Source of the DNA: Candidatus Latescibacterota bacterium
GTDB taxonomy: Bacteria; Latescibacterota; UBA2968; GCA-2709665
Length of the DNA stretch: 64,000 nucleotides
Direction: 5' to 3'
NCBI GenBank assembly: GCA_965248435.1
Contig: OZ252100.1
Coordinates: 4,224,001 to 4,288,000 of the forward strand
Made by a program: the position numbers and the translations under genes. The notes below the pieces were generated by a model. The model was not told where the DNA came from. It made no database searches and saw only the letters and a list, made by a program, of their open reading frames with translations. Position 1 is the stretch's first letter, and each line of letters starts with the position of its first letter. Below are positions 51,010 through 61,839 of this stretch, piece after piece.

Positions 51010-51984
51010 ATGAAAATCCTGGTGACGGGAGGAGCCGGATTCATCGGCTCTCACCTCGTGGATGGCTATTTGAAGGCGGGCCACGAGGTTGCGGTTGTGG
51101 ACGATCTCTCGGGAGGGACCCGGGCGTTCCTGAGTGAGGATGCCCATTTGTTTGCCCTGGATATATGCTCCGATGAGATCGAGACCGTCTTCAGGGATTT
51201 CCGCCCCGATGTTGTGAATCATCACGCCGCGCAGAGCAGTGTTGCGGTCTCCGTTCATGATCCGAAAATAGATGCAAAGGTCAATATCTGCGGCATGTTG
51301 AACATTCTCAGGCACGCTGTGAACTTCGATGTGAGTAAGCTGATTTTTGCTTCGTCGGGCGGCACCGTTTACGGAGAAGCGAACCAGTTTCCAATCCCTG
51401 AAACCGCCCGGCTCAATTCCTTGTCCCCCTACGGTATCTCGAAGACCGCGGGGGAAATTTATTTGCGATACTATGCCGATCGTTACGACCTGCGATATAC
51501 GATTCTGCGTTACAGCAACGTCTATGGTCCTAGACAGAGTGCCGACGGAGAGGCCGGGGTTGTGGCGATTTTCTGCCAGAAACTCCTCATGGGCGACCGC
51601 CCGGTCATTTTTGCGGCGCGCGAAGCCGGGGATTCGGGATGTACGCGCGATTATGTGCACGTTGGCGACGTCGTGAAGGCCAATCTTCTTGCGCTGCAGC
51701 AGGGTGATGGCGAAATCCTGAACATCGGAACAAGCGTGGAGACATCCACGCGGGCGCTGTTCAACCTCCTTGCCTTGGAGGCGGGGTTCGAGGATGGGCC
51801 GGAATTCGGGCCGCCCCGGCCAGGTGATCTTCTGAGGAACGTCCTGGATGTATCAAAGGCCGAAACCTGCATGGATTGGCGTCCCGAAGTGTCCCTGGAA
51901 GATGGGGTAAACAGGACATTCGCTTTTTATGCGAATAGAGAAAGGCAAAAGCACAGAGCAGGCCGCTTGATAAACTGCTGCTAG
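51010..51984 (+). CDS. UDP-glucose 4-epimerase-like SDR
   Basis: MKILVTGGAGFIG, SSGG, YGISK, NVYGPRQ, RDYVHVGD. Confidence 0.9.
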   Translation: MKILVTGGAGFIGSHLVDGYLKAGHEVAVVDDLSGGTRAFLSEDAHLFALDICSDEIETVFRDFRPDVVNHHAAQSSVAVSVHDPKIDAKVNICGMLNILRHAVNFDVSKLIFASSGGTVYGEANQFPIPETARLNSLSPYGISKTAGEIYLRYYADRYDLRYTILRYSNVYGPRQSADGEAGVVAIFCQKLLMGDRPVIFAAREAGDSGCTRDYVHVGDVVKANLLALQQGDGEILNIGTSVETSTRALFNLLALEAGFEDGPEFGPPRPGDLLRNVLDVSKAETCMDWRPEVSLEDGVNRTFAFYANRERQKHRAGRLINCC

Positions 51985-52007
51985 ATTGAGAAATCAGAGG
52001 ATCGCTT

Positions 52008-52625
52008 ATGGAGATTTTTCGACAGAGTTCGACGACGCGTGAGGATCTCGGACTCCTTGCGGTGATGGACGCCATCAAGGAGCGAGAACAGATCACTCAG
52101 AGGGAGTTGGCCCGAGTTACGGGCTTGAACCTCAAGAAGGTGAATTACTGCTTGAACAACCTGCTGGAAAAGGGCTATGTCAAGTTTCAACGGGCTCTGA
52201 ATAATCCGGACAAGCGAGTCTACCTCTATATTCTCACACCTGCCGGCTTAAGAGCCAAGTCCAGGCTCACCTATGGATTCCTCAGGTTTACACTGAATGT
52301 CTACAATAAGTTGGAAGAAAAGCTCAGGCGCTCTCTTGATGAAATGGCATCTGCTGGAGTGCGGAATGTTCTGCTGTATGGCGCCGGTGATGCGGCTCGG
52401 ATTCTGCTGGGAATCGTGAACGGGGAGCCCGTCGAGGTCGTGGGTGTCGTGGATGACGAATTCGAGGGCCAGGAGTTTCACGGCGTTCCTGTAGTGAAAA
52501 GTGGACAAATGGGAGACTTGGAGTGGGAAGGAATTCTGATCACCGATCCGGATGATCTGGATGGTATCGAGAAGAGGCTGGAGGGAATGAAAGTGCCCAC
52601 AAAAGCTGTCTGGAGACTCGCATAG
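52008..52625 (+). CDS. EPS-associated MarR-type winged-helix regulator with C-terminal Rossmann-like domain
   Basis: TQRELA..TGL.L.KVNYCL..L.EKG, YILTPAG, LLYGAG. Confidence 0.85.
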   Translation: MEIFRQSSTTREDLGLLAVMDAIKEREQITQRELARVTGLNLKKVNYCLNNLLEKGYVKFQRALNNPDKRVYLYILTPAGLRAKSRLTYGFLRFTLNVYNKLEEKLRRSLDEMASAGVRNVLLYGAGDAARILLGIVNGEPVEVVGVVDDEFEGQEFHGVPVVKSGQMGDLEWEGILITDPDDLDGIEKRLEGMKVPTKAVWRLA

Positions 52626-52627
52626 AA

Positions 52628-53545
52628 GTGAAATTCAGAGATCCAAACATTACTCGAAAAGGCAATCTACTGAATCGCCATTTCGCCGTCCAACACGATG
52701 TGGGGGGGGTTCCCATCTTTTCCCTCATCGAATTCAACACAACAGAACTCTGCAATCGGACGTGTGAATTTTGCCCTCGCGTTGACCCAGAGGTCTACCC
52801 GAATCGGAAGCTCTTTATATCCCTAGAATTGATGGAGAAGATCAGTAAGGATCTCAGCTCATTTAATTATACCGGAAACATACTGTTCTCGGCGTTTAGC
52901 GAACCTCTGTTGCACAATGACCTCGAATCTCTGATATCTGTGGTGCGGGAATACTGTCCTGAATCGCGAATAGAGGTCGTGACGAATGGCGACTTTGTTA
53001 CGGGAGAACGGACGCAATCCCTATTCGATAGTGGCCTGACAACGCTCTTGATCAGTATGTATGACGGTCCCCAACAGATCGAGCAGTTTACTGCAATTCG
53101 GAATGATTTAGGATTGTCAGAGGACCAATTCATCGTGAGAGTGCGCTACCTTTCGAGGGAGGAGCACTTTGGGCTCACCCTATCGAATCGCGCCGGCTCA
53201 ACTGAGATCGCGGATTTGGGCGTGGGTGGATTATCGGAGCCTCTGAAACAAAGATGTTTCTACCCCAATTATCAAATGATGGTGGATTACGATGGGTCCG
53301 TGCTTCTCTGTCCTCACGACTGGGGAAAGAAGCTCCGCGCCGGAAACCTGAAGGACCAGTCGGTTCTAGAAGTCTGGAACAACAAAATTATGGCCTTTGC
53401 TCGGCAAAAGCTTGGAGATGCTGACCGGCGCTTTGCCCCGTGCAATGTTTGTGACGTAGCGGGAACGCTCATGGGAGGGAGTCATTTCGAAGCCTGGGAA
53501 GATTATTACGCCAGCCACTCGGCGATGCGTGAGGCGCATCGTTGA
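52628..53545 (+). CDS. Radical SAM/SPASM(Twitch) protein
   Basis: CNRTCEFC; EPLL; C-terminal CFYP...LCPHDW...GNL...CNVCD. Confidence 0.9.
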   Translation: MKFRDPNITRKGNLLNRHFAVQHDVGGVPIFSLIEFNTTELCNRTCEFCPRVDPEVYPNRKLFISLELMEKISKDLSSFNYTGNILFSAFSEPLLHNDLESLISVVREYCPESRIEVVTNGDFVTGERTQSLFDSGLTTLLISMYDGPQQIEQFTAIRNDLGLSEDQFIVRVRYLSREEHFGLTLSNRAGSTEIADLGVGGLSEPLKQRCFYPNYQMMVDYDGSVLLCPHDWGKKLRAGNLKDQSVLEVWNNKIMAFARQKLGDADRRFAPCNVCDVAGTLMGGSHFEAWEDYYASHSAMREAHR

Positions 53546-53571
53546 TGGCCATTTGATTTAGGATCATCCTC

Positions 53572-54342
53572 ATGACCATTGCAGCCATTATTCCCGTGCG
53601 AATGGGCTCCTCACGCTTTCCGGGCAAGCCGCTTGCGAAGATTCGCGGCATCCCTATGGTCCAACACGTCTACAAACGCGTATCCCTTGCTGAGGAGTTG
53701 AGTGGCGTATATATCGCAACGTGTGATGAGGAGATTCAAGAAGCAGTGGACTCATTTGGTGGCAATGTGATCATGACCGCCGATACCCACCAGCGTGCAA
53801 GCGACCGGACGGCCGAGGCGGCGAAGGAATTGGACGTGGATATCGTCGTTATGGTGCAGGGGGATGAACCTCTGGTCCACCCTGAGATGGTACGCGTTGC
53901 TGTGGAACCCTTAGTGCACATCCCTGAAATCCTCTGTTCGAATCTGGTTAGCAAGATTCGCAGCCAGCAGGAGTTTCAGGACCAGAATACCGTGAAGGTT
54001 GTGCTAAGCAGAGATGGATTCGCGCTCTATTTTTCGAGGGAGCCGATACCGACGACGCAGGGAGAAAAGGGCTTCTTTTCTGATGTGCCGCTTCTTAAGC
54101 AGGTTTGCATCATCCCCTTCAGGAAGGAGTTTCTGCTGACGTTTGCAGGCCTGGAGCCGACGCCGCTGGAGGTTGCCGAATCGATCGACATGCTGCGCTG
54201 TCTCGAGCATGGATACTCGGTCAAGATGATCGAATCGGAGTACGAGACCCACGCCGTGGATACTCCTGAGGATCTTCGGATTGTTGAGCATATGATGGCT
54301 AGTGACGCCCTGTTTGAGAAATATGCCGACAAAGGCGTCTGA
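53572..54342 (+). CDS. kdsB: CMP-Kdo synthetase-like cytidylyltransferase
   Basis: RMGSSRFPGKPL, VQGDEP, ALYFSR, VDTPEDL; substrate not established. Confidence 0.8.
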   Translation: MTIAAIIPVRMGSSRFPGKPLAKIRGIPMVQHVYKRVSLAEELSGVYIATCDEEIQEAVDSFGGNVIMTADTHQRASDRTAEAAKELDVDIVVMVQGDEPLVHPEMVRVAVEPLVHIPEILCSNLVSKIRSQQEFQDQNTVKVVLSRDGFALYFSREPIPTTQGEKGFFSDVPLLKQVCIIPFRKEFLLTFAGLEPTPLEVAESIDMLRCLEHGYSVKMIESEYETHAVDTPEDLRIVEHMMASDALFEKYADKGV

Positions 54343-54351
54343 GTTCGAGAA

Positions 54352-55446
54352 GTGGGGGACGAAAAACTGAGGTCATTGAGCCGCACGGTAATCCCGAAGC
54401 CTAGGCCAGAAGTTTCGGGTTTGTACCGGTACCCGATTCGCCAGGAGGACCGGTACGAGCGGTTGCGTCTGGATAAGAACGAACATGTGTCCGGCTTTTC
54501 AGAAGCGGTTGTTCAGGAGATGCTTGACGGGATCTCGCAGCATTTCCTGGCGGCCTATCCTGAGCCGATCGAATTATATCGAAAGATCGCAGCATGGCAT
54601 GAGCTGGAACTGGAAAATGTACTCATAACATCGGGTTCCGAGCTGGCTATTCGTTATCTGTTCGAGGCGTATCTAGATCGGGGAGACGCGATCGTTTTTG
54701 CGAATCCTTCCTTCGCGATGTTCGAAGTCTACGCAACTCTATGCGGTGCTCAGATTGTGAATATAGACTACCAACCCGATCTCACTATCGACATAGATGC
54801 TTTCATAAGGGCAATTCAGCCACGCACGAAAATTGTCGCCATCGCAAATCCGAATAATCCGACAGGAACGGTTATCGCGGAATCCGATTTGTGCCGGATC
54901 ACGGAAACCGCTGCAGAATCCGCGGCGCTCGTGTTGGTTGACGAAGCCTATTACCATTTCTATCGAAACACGATGGTGGATCATCTTGTCGAATATGACA
55001 ATCTGATTGTAACACGCACCTTCTCAAAGGCGTGTGGGTTGGCTTCCATCCGGTTGGGGTATGCCCTGGGGCATGCTGACGTCATTGATACTATCAGAAA
55101 ACTTCAGCCTATCGATCACGCAAATGCGTTTGCTTTGAAGCTGGGTGCCTACATTGTCGACCATCAGGATCTGATCTGGGATTACGTTGAGCAGGTTGAG
55201 GAGGGTAAGGCGTATTTGGCTGGCGAACTCCAACAAAAGGGGTTCACTCCGTTGTCCAGTCATGGCAACTTTCTTCTGATCGATTTTCAGGACAAGCGAG
55301 ATCAGGTATGTCAGAGATTTGAAGCACACGGTATCTTGATCGGCACGCACGTTCGACTTCCTTTTCCGAACAACTATATCCGCGTGACCCTGGGATCTGT
55401 CCGCGAGATGCGCCGGGTGGTTGAAGCTTTGGAGGAAGTCTTGTGA
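54352..55446 (+). CDS. Class II PLP aminotransferase/decarboxylase (HisC/CobD-like)
   Basis: LDKNE, NPNNPTG, DEAY, RTFSKACGLASIRLGY. Confidence 0.88.
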   Translation: MGDEKLRSLSRTVIPKPRPEVSGLYRYPIRQEDRYERLRLDKNEHVSGFSEAVVQEMLDGISQHFLAAYPEPIELYRKIAAWHELELENVLITSGSELAIRYLFEAYLDRGDAIVFANPSFAMFEVYATLCGAQIVNIDYQPDLTIDIDAFIRAIQPRTKIVAIANPNNPTGTVIAESDLCRITETAAESAALVLVDEAYYHFYRNTMVDHLVEYDNLIVTRTFSKACGLASIRLGYALGHADVIDTIRKLQPIDHANAFALKLGAYIVDHQDLIWDYVEQVEEGKAYLAGELQQKGFTPLSSHGNFLLIDFQDKRDQVCQRFEAHGILIGTHVRLPFPNNYIRVTLGSVREMRRVVEALEEVL

Positions 55447-55482
55447 TTCTTCTAAAGGCGATACGTATTTTACTCGAAGTAA

Positions 55483-57162
55483 ATGGCCCTGTTCAGTCTC
55501 ACTCCGGGTTTTTATATACCCTGTGAGGAAGGAGATGATGTGACCACTCCCAACGAGTTGATGGGTATTCAGGATTCCTTCTCCGGAGATGGCTCCGATA
55601 AAGAGAAGCGCACTTTCAAAATTTTGTTCCTTTATCCCAATTTTCAAATGGCCCATTTGCTGCTTCCCGCAGGGGTATCCATGCTGTCTGCAGTGTTGAA
55701 GCAGGAGGGTTTCGAAACCCGCCTGTTTGATACTACGTTGTATAAGCCCCAGGACAAAACTTTCGATGACGTGCGTCTGGATCTGCTTCAGATCAAGAAA
55801 GTGACGTCTGCAGAGCGGACGATCGGCTACAAGGAAACAGATCTCCTTGAGGATTTTGTAGAGTTACTGAATGAATATGAGCCGGATTTGCTGGGCGTTT
55901 CCCTGTTGCAGGATACGGCTCCTATTGCCGCACCGCTAATAGATGCTGCCCACGAAAGGGGTGTCCCTGTTTTGGTGGGTGGCATTTATCCGACATTTGC
56001 GCCGGACGACATGCTGAAAGAGGAAAGTGTAGATATGGTATGTCTGGGTGAGGGTGAAAATGCCATCGTGACGTTGTGTGAGCGTATGTCCCGTGGACAA
56101 AGTTACGATGACATTCCGAATCTGTACGTCAAGAAACCAAATGGGACGGTTATCCGGAACCAGATGGGGCCTACTGTGAACATTAACGAACTCCCTCTGC
56201 CTGATTACGACTTATTTGAACCGGCGCGTTTTTTCAGGCCCATGCAAGGTCGTTTACTGAGGATTTTGCCGATCGAGATGCACCGAGGTTGTCCCTATCA
56301 ATGTGCATTCTGTGAAGATCCTATACAGAGCAGGCTCTATAGGGCAATTGGTGAAGTTTATCACCGAGCCAAAGACCCCAAGAGACTGATAGAAGAGCTC
56401 AAGGTCCTCGTAGACAAATACGAGGCAGAATACATTTACTTCAATGCTGAGACATTTTTTGCAATGCCAGAACGTGATTTTGTGGAGATGGCTCACCTTT
56501 ATGCCGAAGAAGTTGGTCTCCCTTTCTGGATGCAGACGCGGCCGGAAACACTAACCAAGAAGCACATTGATATGCTTGTCATGATGAATGTCGCTAACGT
56601 CAACATTGGCCTTGAACACGGTAATGAAGAATTCAGGGCCAAGGTGCTAAAACGGAAGATGAAAAACAGCTTGATTATCGACGGTCTGCGAAACTTGCAC
56701 GAAGCGGGTATTTCCACGACGGTCAATAACATTATGGGTTTCCCTGACGAAACACGGGAGCTTGTTTTTGATACCATTGAACTCAACCGCCACATCCAGT
56801 CTGCAACCATAAATGCTTACTTGTTTAACCCTTACAAAGGGACTGAGCTTTACGAAGTCTGTAAACAGAAAGGCTACTTACCAGAACAGGATACGGATGA
56901 GACCAGGGTGATAGATGCTTTTCTGAGCGAAGATTTTCCTTACTTCAAGACGATTCTGAAAATGCAGTCTATTTCCAGAGAAGAGCTACAAGGTCTACAA
57001 AGAACATTTGTGCTATATGCCAAATTGCCCCGCTCTGAATTCCCGCGAATTCGTGTTGCGGAACAGCTTAATGACGAAGGCGATGAAATGTTCCATGCGC
57101 TGCGGGAGGAATATTTGGGGGGGGAGTATGACGATGTCGTTAAAGAGGATGTTGAAGCCTGA
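55483..57162 (+). CDS. Cobalamin-binding radical SAM protein 1 (start uncertain)
   Basis: KILFLYP, GGIYPT, GEGE, RGCPYQCAFC, GFPDET. Confidence 0.9.
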   Translation: MALFSLTPGFYIPCEEGDDVTTPNELMGIQDSFSGDGSDKEKRTFKILFLYPNFQMAHLLLPAGVSMLSAVLKQEGFETRLFDTTLYKPQDKTFDDVRLDLLQIKKVTSAERTIGYKETDLLEDFVELLNEYEPDLLGVSLLQDTAPIAAPLIDAAHERGVPVLVGGIYPTFAPDDMLKEESVDMVCLGEGENAIVTLCERMSRGQSYDDIPNLYVKKPNGTVIRNQMGPTVNINELPLPDYDLFEPARFFRPMQGRLLRILPIEMHRGCPYQCAFCEDPIQSRLYRAIGEVYHRAKDPKRLIEELKVLVDKYEAEYIYFNAETFFAMPERDFVEMAHLYAEEVGLPFWMQTRPETLTKKHIDMLVMMNVANVNIGLEHGNEEFRAKVLKRKMKNSLIIDGLRNLHEAGISTTVNNIMGFPDETRELVFDTIELNRHIQSATINAYLFNPYKGTELYEVCKQKGYLPEQDTDETRVIDAFLSEDFPYFKTILKMQSISREELQGLQRTFVLYAKLPRSEFPRIRVAEQLNDEGDEMFHALREEYLGGEYDDVVKEDVEA

Positions 57163-57208
57163 AGAATCTGATTCAGCGTAAGTGACATTTTGAATCGGGG
57201 AGGTTTGT

Positions 57209-58786
57209 TTGAGCGCTCCTTGTAAAGTTCTTTTCGTCTACCCTAATCTGCGTGGCATGAACATGCTTCCGCCCGCCATCGGACTTATGTCGTCAATCCT
57301 AAAAGGGCGGGGGCATACCGTCAGGTTGTTTGATACGACTTATTATGAAAGACTGGATGAAAAGGAGGGGGCAGAAGTAGATTCGGATCAGATAAAGACT
57401 GAGAAGCTTATGGCACGCCCCTACAAGATGCCGAACGAAATAACGCTTAAGACAACAAACGTGTTCGAGGATTTTAGGTCGGAGGTTGAGTCCTTTGGCC
57501 CCGATCTGATCGCGATGTCCTGCACAGAGGATATGTTTCAGCTGGGAATCAATCTGTTGAAGACGGTCAGGCAGCATAAGATCCTGACCATTCTTGGCGG
57601 GGTGTTCGCCACGTTTGCGCCCGATTTTGCCCTGAGTTATCCGGAGATAGATATAGTATGCAAGGGGGAAGGAGAGGATGCGCTAGCGATCCTTTGCGAA
57701 CGGCTCGGTAAAGGAAAGCCTCACGATGATATCCCGAATCTTTGGATCAAGCGGAAAGATGGCAGTACAAAGGTGAATCCGACGCAGATGGTGGATATGG
57801 ACGCCAACCCGCTGATCGATATGTCCATCTTCGAAGAAGCGCGATTCTATCGTCCGATGGGTGGCAAGGTCTATCGCATGTTTCCCGTTGAGACGTTCAG
57901 GGGGTGTCCTTACAAGTGCGCTTTCTGCAATTCGCCGACCCAGGAAGTGATCTACCGGAAAGAGACGGGGAAGTCTTATATAAGGCGGAAATCGTTCGAG
58001 AACATGCGGCGGGAGCTGCTGTTTTACAAGGAGGAGATGAAAGCCGAGTATCTCTACTTCTGGGCGGATACGTTCTTTACGTGGAAGCAGGGAGAGTTCG
58101 AGGAATTCGCGGAGATGTATAAGGATATCGGCCTCCCTTTCTGGTGCCAGACGCGCATCGAGACAGTCGGCGAAGCGCGAATGAAGCTGCTCAATGAGAT
58201 CGGGTGCGCCCGAATTTCGTTTGGAATTGAGCACGGCAATGAGGCTTTCCGGAGAAAATGGATTCAAAGGCCGGTTTCGAATGAACTGATGGAGAAAAAC
58301 TTCAAAATCATGGAAGCTTCCGGCATTCCATTCAGCGTGAACAATATCCTGGGGTTCCCGCACGAGACTGAAGAACTGGCCTTTGATACGATCCGGTTCA
58401 ACAGGCTCGTAAACGCTAACGACCGGAACGCGTATGCCTTCACGCCGTTTCACGGGACCCCGCTCCGAGAGGAATGCGAGCGGCTGGGGTTTCTGAAGTA
58501 CGAAGATCTTTCCCGGTCGCTGTTGGTGGGCATAGACGAATCGCCTCTGGATATGCCTCAGTTTCCGCTGGAACGGGTGCAGGCGCTCGTGAAGACGTTC
58601 AACATGTATGTGAAATTTCCAGAATCGCGTTGGTCTGAGATCAAGAAAGCGGAGGCGGAGACGCCGGAAGGCAACAAAGCCTACGAACGTCTGAAGACCG
58701 AGTTTATGGACCGTTTCTGGGAAGAGAGTGACGAGGATTTTGAAGCGGCGGCGATGGAAAAGACTGCCGGGACGCAGATGGCGTAA
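57209..58786 (+). CDS. Cobalamin-binding radical SAM protein 2
   Basis: KVLFVYP, GGVFAT, GEGE, RGCPYKCAFC, GFPHET. Confidence 0.9.
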   Translation: MSAPCKVLFVYPNLRGMNMLPPAIGLMSSILKGRGHTVRLFDTTYYERLDEKEGAEVDSDQIKTEKLMARPYKMPNEITLKTTNVFEDFRSEVESFGPDLIAMSCTEDMFQLGINLLKTVRQHKILTILGGVFATFAPDFALSYPEIDIVCKGEGEDALAILCERLGKGKPHDDIPNLWIKRKDGSTKVNPTQMVDMDANPLIDMSIFEEARFYRPMGGKVYRMFPVETFRGCPYKCAFCNSPTQEVIYRKETGKSYIRRKSFENMRRELLFYKEEMKAEYLYFWADTFFTWKQGEFEEFAEMYKDIGLPFWCQTRIETVGEARMKLLNEIGCARISFGIEHGNEAFRRKWIQRPVSNELMEKNFKIMEASGIPFSVNNILGFPHETEELAFDTIRFNRLVNANDRNAYAFTPFHGTPLREECERLGFLKYEDLSRSLLVGIDESPLDMPQFPLERVQALVKTFNMYVKFPESRWSEIKKAEAETPEGNKAYERLKTEFMDRFWEESDEDFEAAAMEKTAGTQMA

Positions 58787-58887
58787 TGTCTGACTTCAAC
58801 AAAATGTTTCCTTCAGAGACGGAAGACTTCAAGGAAAAATCGTATCGGCGAGGGGTTAAAGTAGAGCAATAAGGAAAGGAACAGGAA

Positions 58888-59904
58888 TTGGGGTCACTTG
58901 CTACCGATAGCCTCCCGAATGTGGCCCGGTTTGCGATCGGGTTCGACCTTCGTGATCGGGACCGGCTCCACGCGATGTGGGACGAGATTTTCGACACACA
59001 GCGTTGGTCGGAGGGGCCGTTTACCGAGCGTTTCGAAGCGCTGTGGTCGTCGTGGAACGGCCTTCCGTCCGTCTCGTTTTCGAGCTGGACGGGCGGTGCC
59101 ATGTCCGCACTGGAGTTTATCGGAGTACGTGGGCACACCGTGCTATGCCCGTCGAATACGTTCATGGCCACCCCACTTTCCGTGATGAAAGCTGGGGGGC
59201 GGATCCAGTTCGTGGACTGCAACCGCGATGACCTATGCATGTCTTTTGTCGACTTTGAGCAGAAGGCAGAAACGTATCACCCGAAGGCGGTCTGGTTGGT
59301 GCACATCGGGGGGCATGTCGCGTTCGAGGTGGAGCAAATCGCGGCTTACTGCGGCGACCACGATATCTGGCTGCTGGAAGATTGTGCGCACGCGCACGGC
59401 GCCCAGTGGAACGGGGCGAGGCCGGGAACGTGGGGGGACGTTGGGGTCTACTCCTTTGCTCCGACCAAGACGATTTCAACAGGCGAGGGAGGCATGCTGG
59501 TTTCCCGGCATGCCGACTTGATCGAATTTGCCAGGAAATACCGGAACTACGGCAAGTTCGAACATGAGGTGGAGGGATTGAATTACCGTCTGAATGAGTT
59601 CACGGCGGCCATCGGTGTTGTGCAGACCGAGCGTCTGGAAGAGATCGTAACTTGGAAGAACCAGTACGCCCGCGACTTTCTGGATACGCAACATCCCGGT
59701 CGGTTGGAATTGCCCGTAGGAATGACATCGGGCCTTTACAAGTATATCGTCTTGGATCCGATCGAAAACTCGACGGGGAAGGTCTACGATCAGCCCGGAC
59801 ATCGGGTTCTAGAACACAAGGTGGACCTGCCCAACACAGATTGGGTTGCGAAAAATCACTGGTGCGTCCCTCTTTACTACCGCGACAGAGACAACCTAGA
59901 ATAG
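58888..59904 (+). CDS. DegT/DnrJ/EryC1/StrS aminotransferase
   Basis: EDCAHAHG, SFAPTKTISTGEGG, NYRLNE. Confidence 0.92.
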   Translation: MGSLATDSLPNVARFAIGFDLRDRDRLHAMWDEIFDTQRWSEGPFTERFEALWSSWNGLPSVSFSSWTGGAMSALEFIGVRGHTVLCPSNTFMATPLSVMKAGGRIQFVDCNRDDLCMSFVDFEQKAETYHPKAVWLVHIGGHVAFEVEQIAAYCGDHDIWLLEDCAHAHGAQWNGARPGTWGDVGVYSFAPTKTISTGEGGMLVSRHADLIEFARKYRNYGKFEHEVEGLNYRLNEFTAAIGVVQTERLEEIVTWKNQYARDFLDTQHPGRLELPVGMTSGLYKYIVLDPIENSTGKVYDQPGHRVLEHKVDLPNTDWVAKNHWCVPLYYRDRDNLE

Positions 59905-60035
59905 CCGTATGCCTAAAGCTAGAATTAAGTTGTGTTTGTCGAATTCAGCACATGTTATGTCTATCCGATAGTTGGGGGCTCCTCTAGAAAGAACTTTGCT
60001 TCGCGGTTGAGCCAGATTGATGAGGTTGAGTAGGG

Positions 60036-61799
60036 ATGCAATTTTTTAGAACATTTTTGGTCGCATTCAAGTTCAAGCCGGTTCTCTCTAGTCTAATTTT
60101 CGGGATTCTGTGTGGCCAGATTCTGATCGAGGGCAGCAGTTTGTTTTCCCTGGTTCCTCTGGTTGACATGCTTGTTCAGCCAGACGAGCCTACCGCAGTG
60201 ACCAGAGAGATAAGCAGTGTTATTGATTCATTTGGTATCAAGCCGTCTTTGTCTGCGTTTCTTTTTCTTGTCGGGTTTATGACTGTGTTCAGGTTCTTCG
60301 GGCTTTATTCGGTCAACATTGCGATTTGGAAATTTCAAAGAAGTATGGATTACCGAATGACAACGGATCTGTACGCCACCCTATTTTCATCAAGGTGGGC
60401 CTATTTCGCATCGAATAAAACAGGGGTTCTCGCGGAATTGATAAAGGGTAAGTGCCATCATGCCTCCCTTGCCTTCCTTTACATCTTCGATTTCTGGAAG
60501 AACCTGTTTCTGCTTTTCGTATTTTGTCTGGTCCCGTTGCTGATTTCTTTCAAGATTACAGTTGGGTGCATTGTTGTTGGGGGCTTGCTCCTTTCGCCAC
60601 TCCTGCTCGCCGGGAGGCTTTACCATAAAATTGCGCATAAGAAGGAACTGATTCTCAATGAGTATACTCATTACTTGTTCGAAAACCTGAGCGCGGCCAA
60701 GCTTATTTTCGCGTATGCTTGGAACGGCTCCAGCATTCGGAAGTTTAGAAGCATTGCAGAACAATACAGACGGAAAGTGTTCCAGGGAGACATTTTGGCA
60801 AATGCTCTCAGCTTGCTGAGTGAACCTGTTTCGATATTGTTCGTACTGCTTGCGATCTATCTGTTGGTCTCTCAGACAGATGAAGCTATTTCATCCTTCG
60901 CCGTAATCATTTACAGCTTGAAGAAGATGATGTCTTCAGGACATGGATGTGTGGCTGCGTATACGACCTTCGAAAATCATCGTCCTGCAATAAACATGGT
61001 GATGGATGAGTCGAAAAAGGCATCTCTTGCGCGGGAGTTGTCAGGTGGTCTTGAGTTTAGCACCTTGAAAGAAGGAATCGAATTCGTAGACGTGGGATTC
61101 TGCTACGCGCCCGGAAATGATGTGTTGGAGAAGATCAGTCTTACAATCAAGAGAGGAAAGATTACGGCTCTTGTCGGAGGATCTGGAGGTGGAAAGACGA
61201 CCGCTGTGGACCTGATTACCGGCTTGTTCAGCCCAGATGCTGGTGAGATTCTGGTGGATGGAGTCAATTTGAGCGAGTACAGCTTGATCAGCTGGAGGAG
61301 AAGGTTGGGCTACATCCCTCAGGAGAGTGCGTTGTTCAATACAACGATCAGGGAAAATATTCTCTGGGGGGCCGAGGGAATCATTTCTGATGATGAGATC
61401 GTCGAGGCTGCGAGGAGGGCAAATGCCCACGAATTCATTCTCGAATGTGAGCATGGGTATAACACTGTTGTTGGAGATAGAGGTCTCCGCCTGTCGGGGG
61501 GACAGAGGCAACGTATCTCCCTGGCCCGGGCACTGGTAAGAAAGCCCGCCATCCTTATCCTGGACGAAGCAACCAGTGCTCTAGACAGCGAATCGGAGTC
61601 GATTGTGCAGAAGTCGATTGAGGAACTGACGAATGAAGTCACTATAGTCGTTGTCGCCCACCGGCTTTCCACTGTGTGCAGCGCAGATATCATCTACATC
61701 CTGGATAGAGGACGAATTGCTGGATCAGGCTCCTTTGCGGACCTTGAAGCTTCGAACGCAGTTTTCCAGCGCTACTCGGAGTTACAAAGAATTAGCTAG
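60036..61799 (+). CDS. ABC exporter/flippase (fused TMD-NBD, MsbA/PglK-like)
   Basis: GGSGGGKTT, LSGGQRQR, ILDEATSALD. Confidence 0.93.
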   Translation: MQFFRTFLVAFKFKPVLSSLIFGILCGQILIEGSSLFSLVPLVDMLVQPDEPTAVTREISSVIDSFGIKPSLSAFLFLVGFMTVFRFFGLYSVNIAIWKFQRSMDYRMTTDLYATLFSSRWAYFASNKTGVLAELIKGKCHHASLAFLYIFDFWKNLFLLFVFCLVPLLISFKITVGCIVVGGLLLSPLLLAGRLYHKIAHKKELILNEYTHYLFENLSAAKLIFAYAWNGSSIRKFRSIAEQYRRKVFQGDILANALSLLSEPVSILFVLLAIYLLVSQTDEAISSFAVIIYSLKKMMSSGHGCVAAYTTFENHRPAINMVMDESKKASLARELSGGLEFSTLKEGIEFVDVGFCYAPGNDVLEKISLTIKRGKITALVGGSGGGKTTAVDLITGLFSPDAGEILVDGVNLSEYSLISWRRRLGYIPQESALFNTTIRENILWGAEGIISDDEIVEAARRANAHEFILECEHGYNTVVGDRGLRLSGGQRQRISLARALVRKPAILILDEATSALDSESESIVQKSIEELTNEVTIVVVAHRLSTVCSADIIYILDRGRIAGSGSFADLEASNAVFQRYSELQRIS

Positions 61800-61839
61800 C
61801 GGTGAACGCGTAGAGTCTCGCGTCCTATTCCGAGGCACT

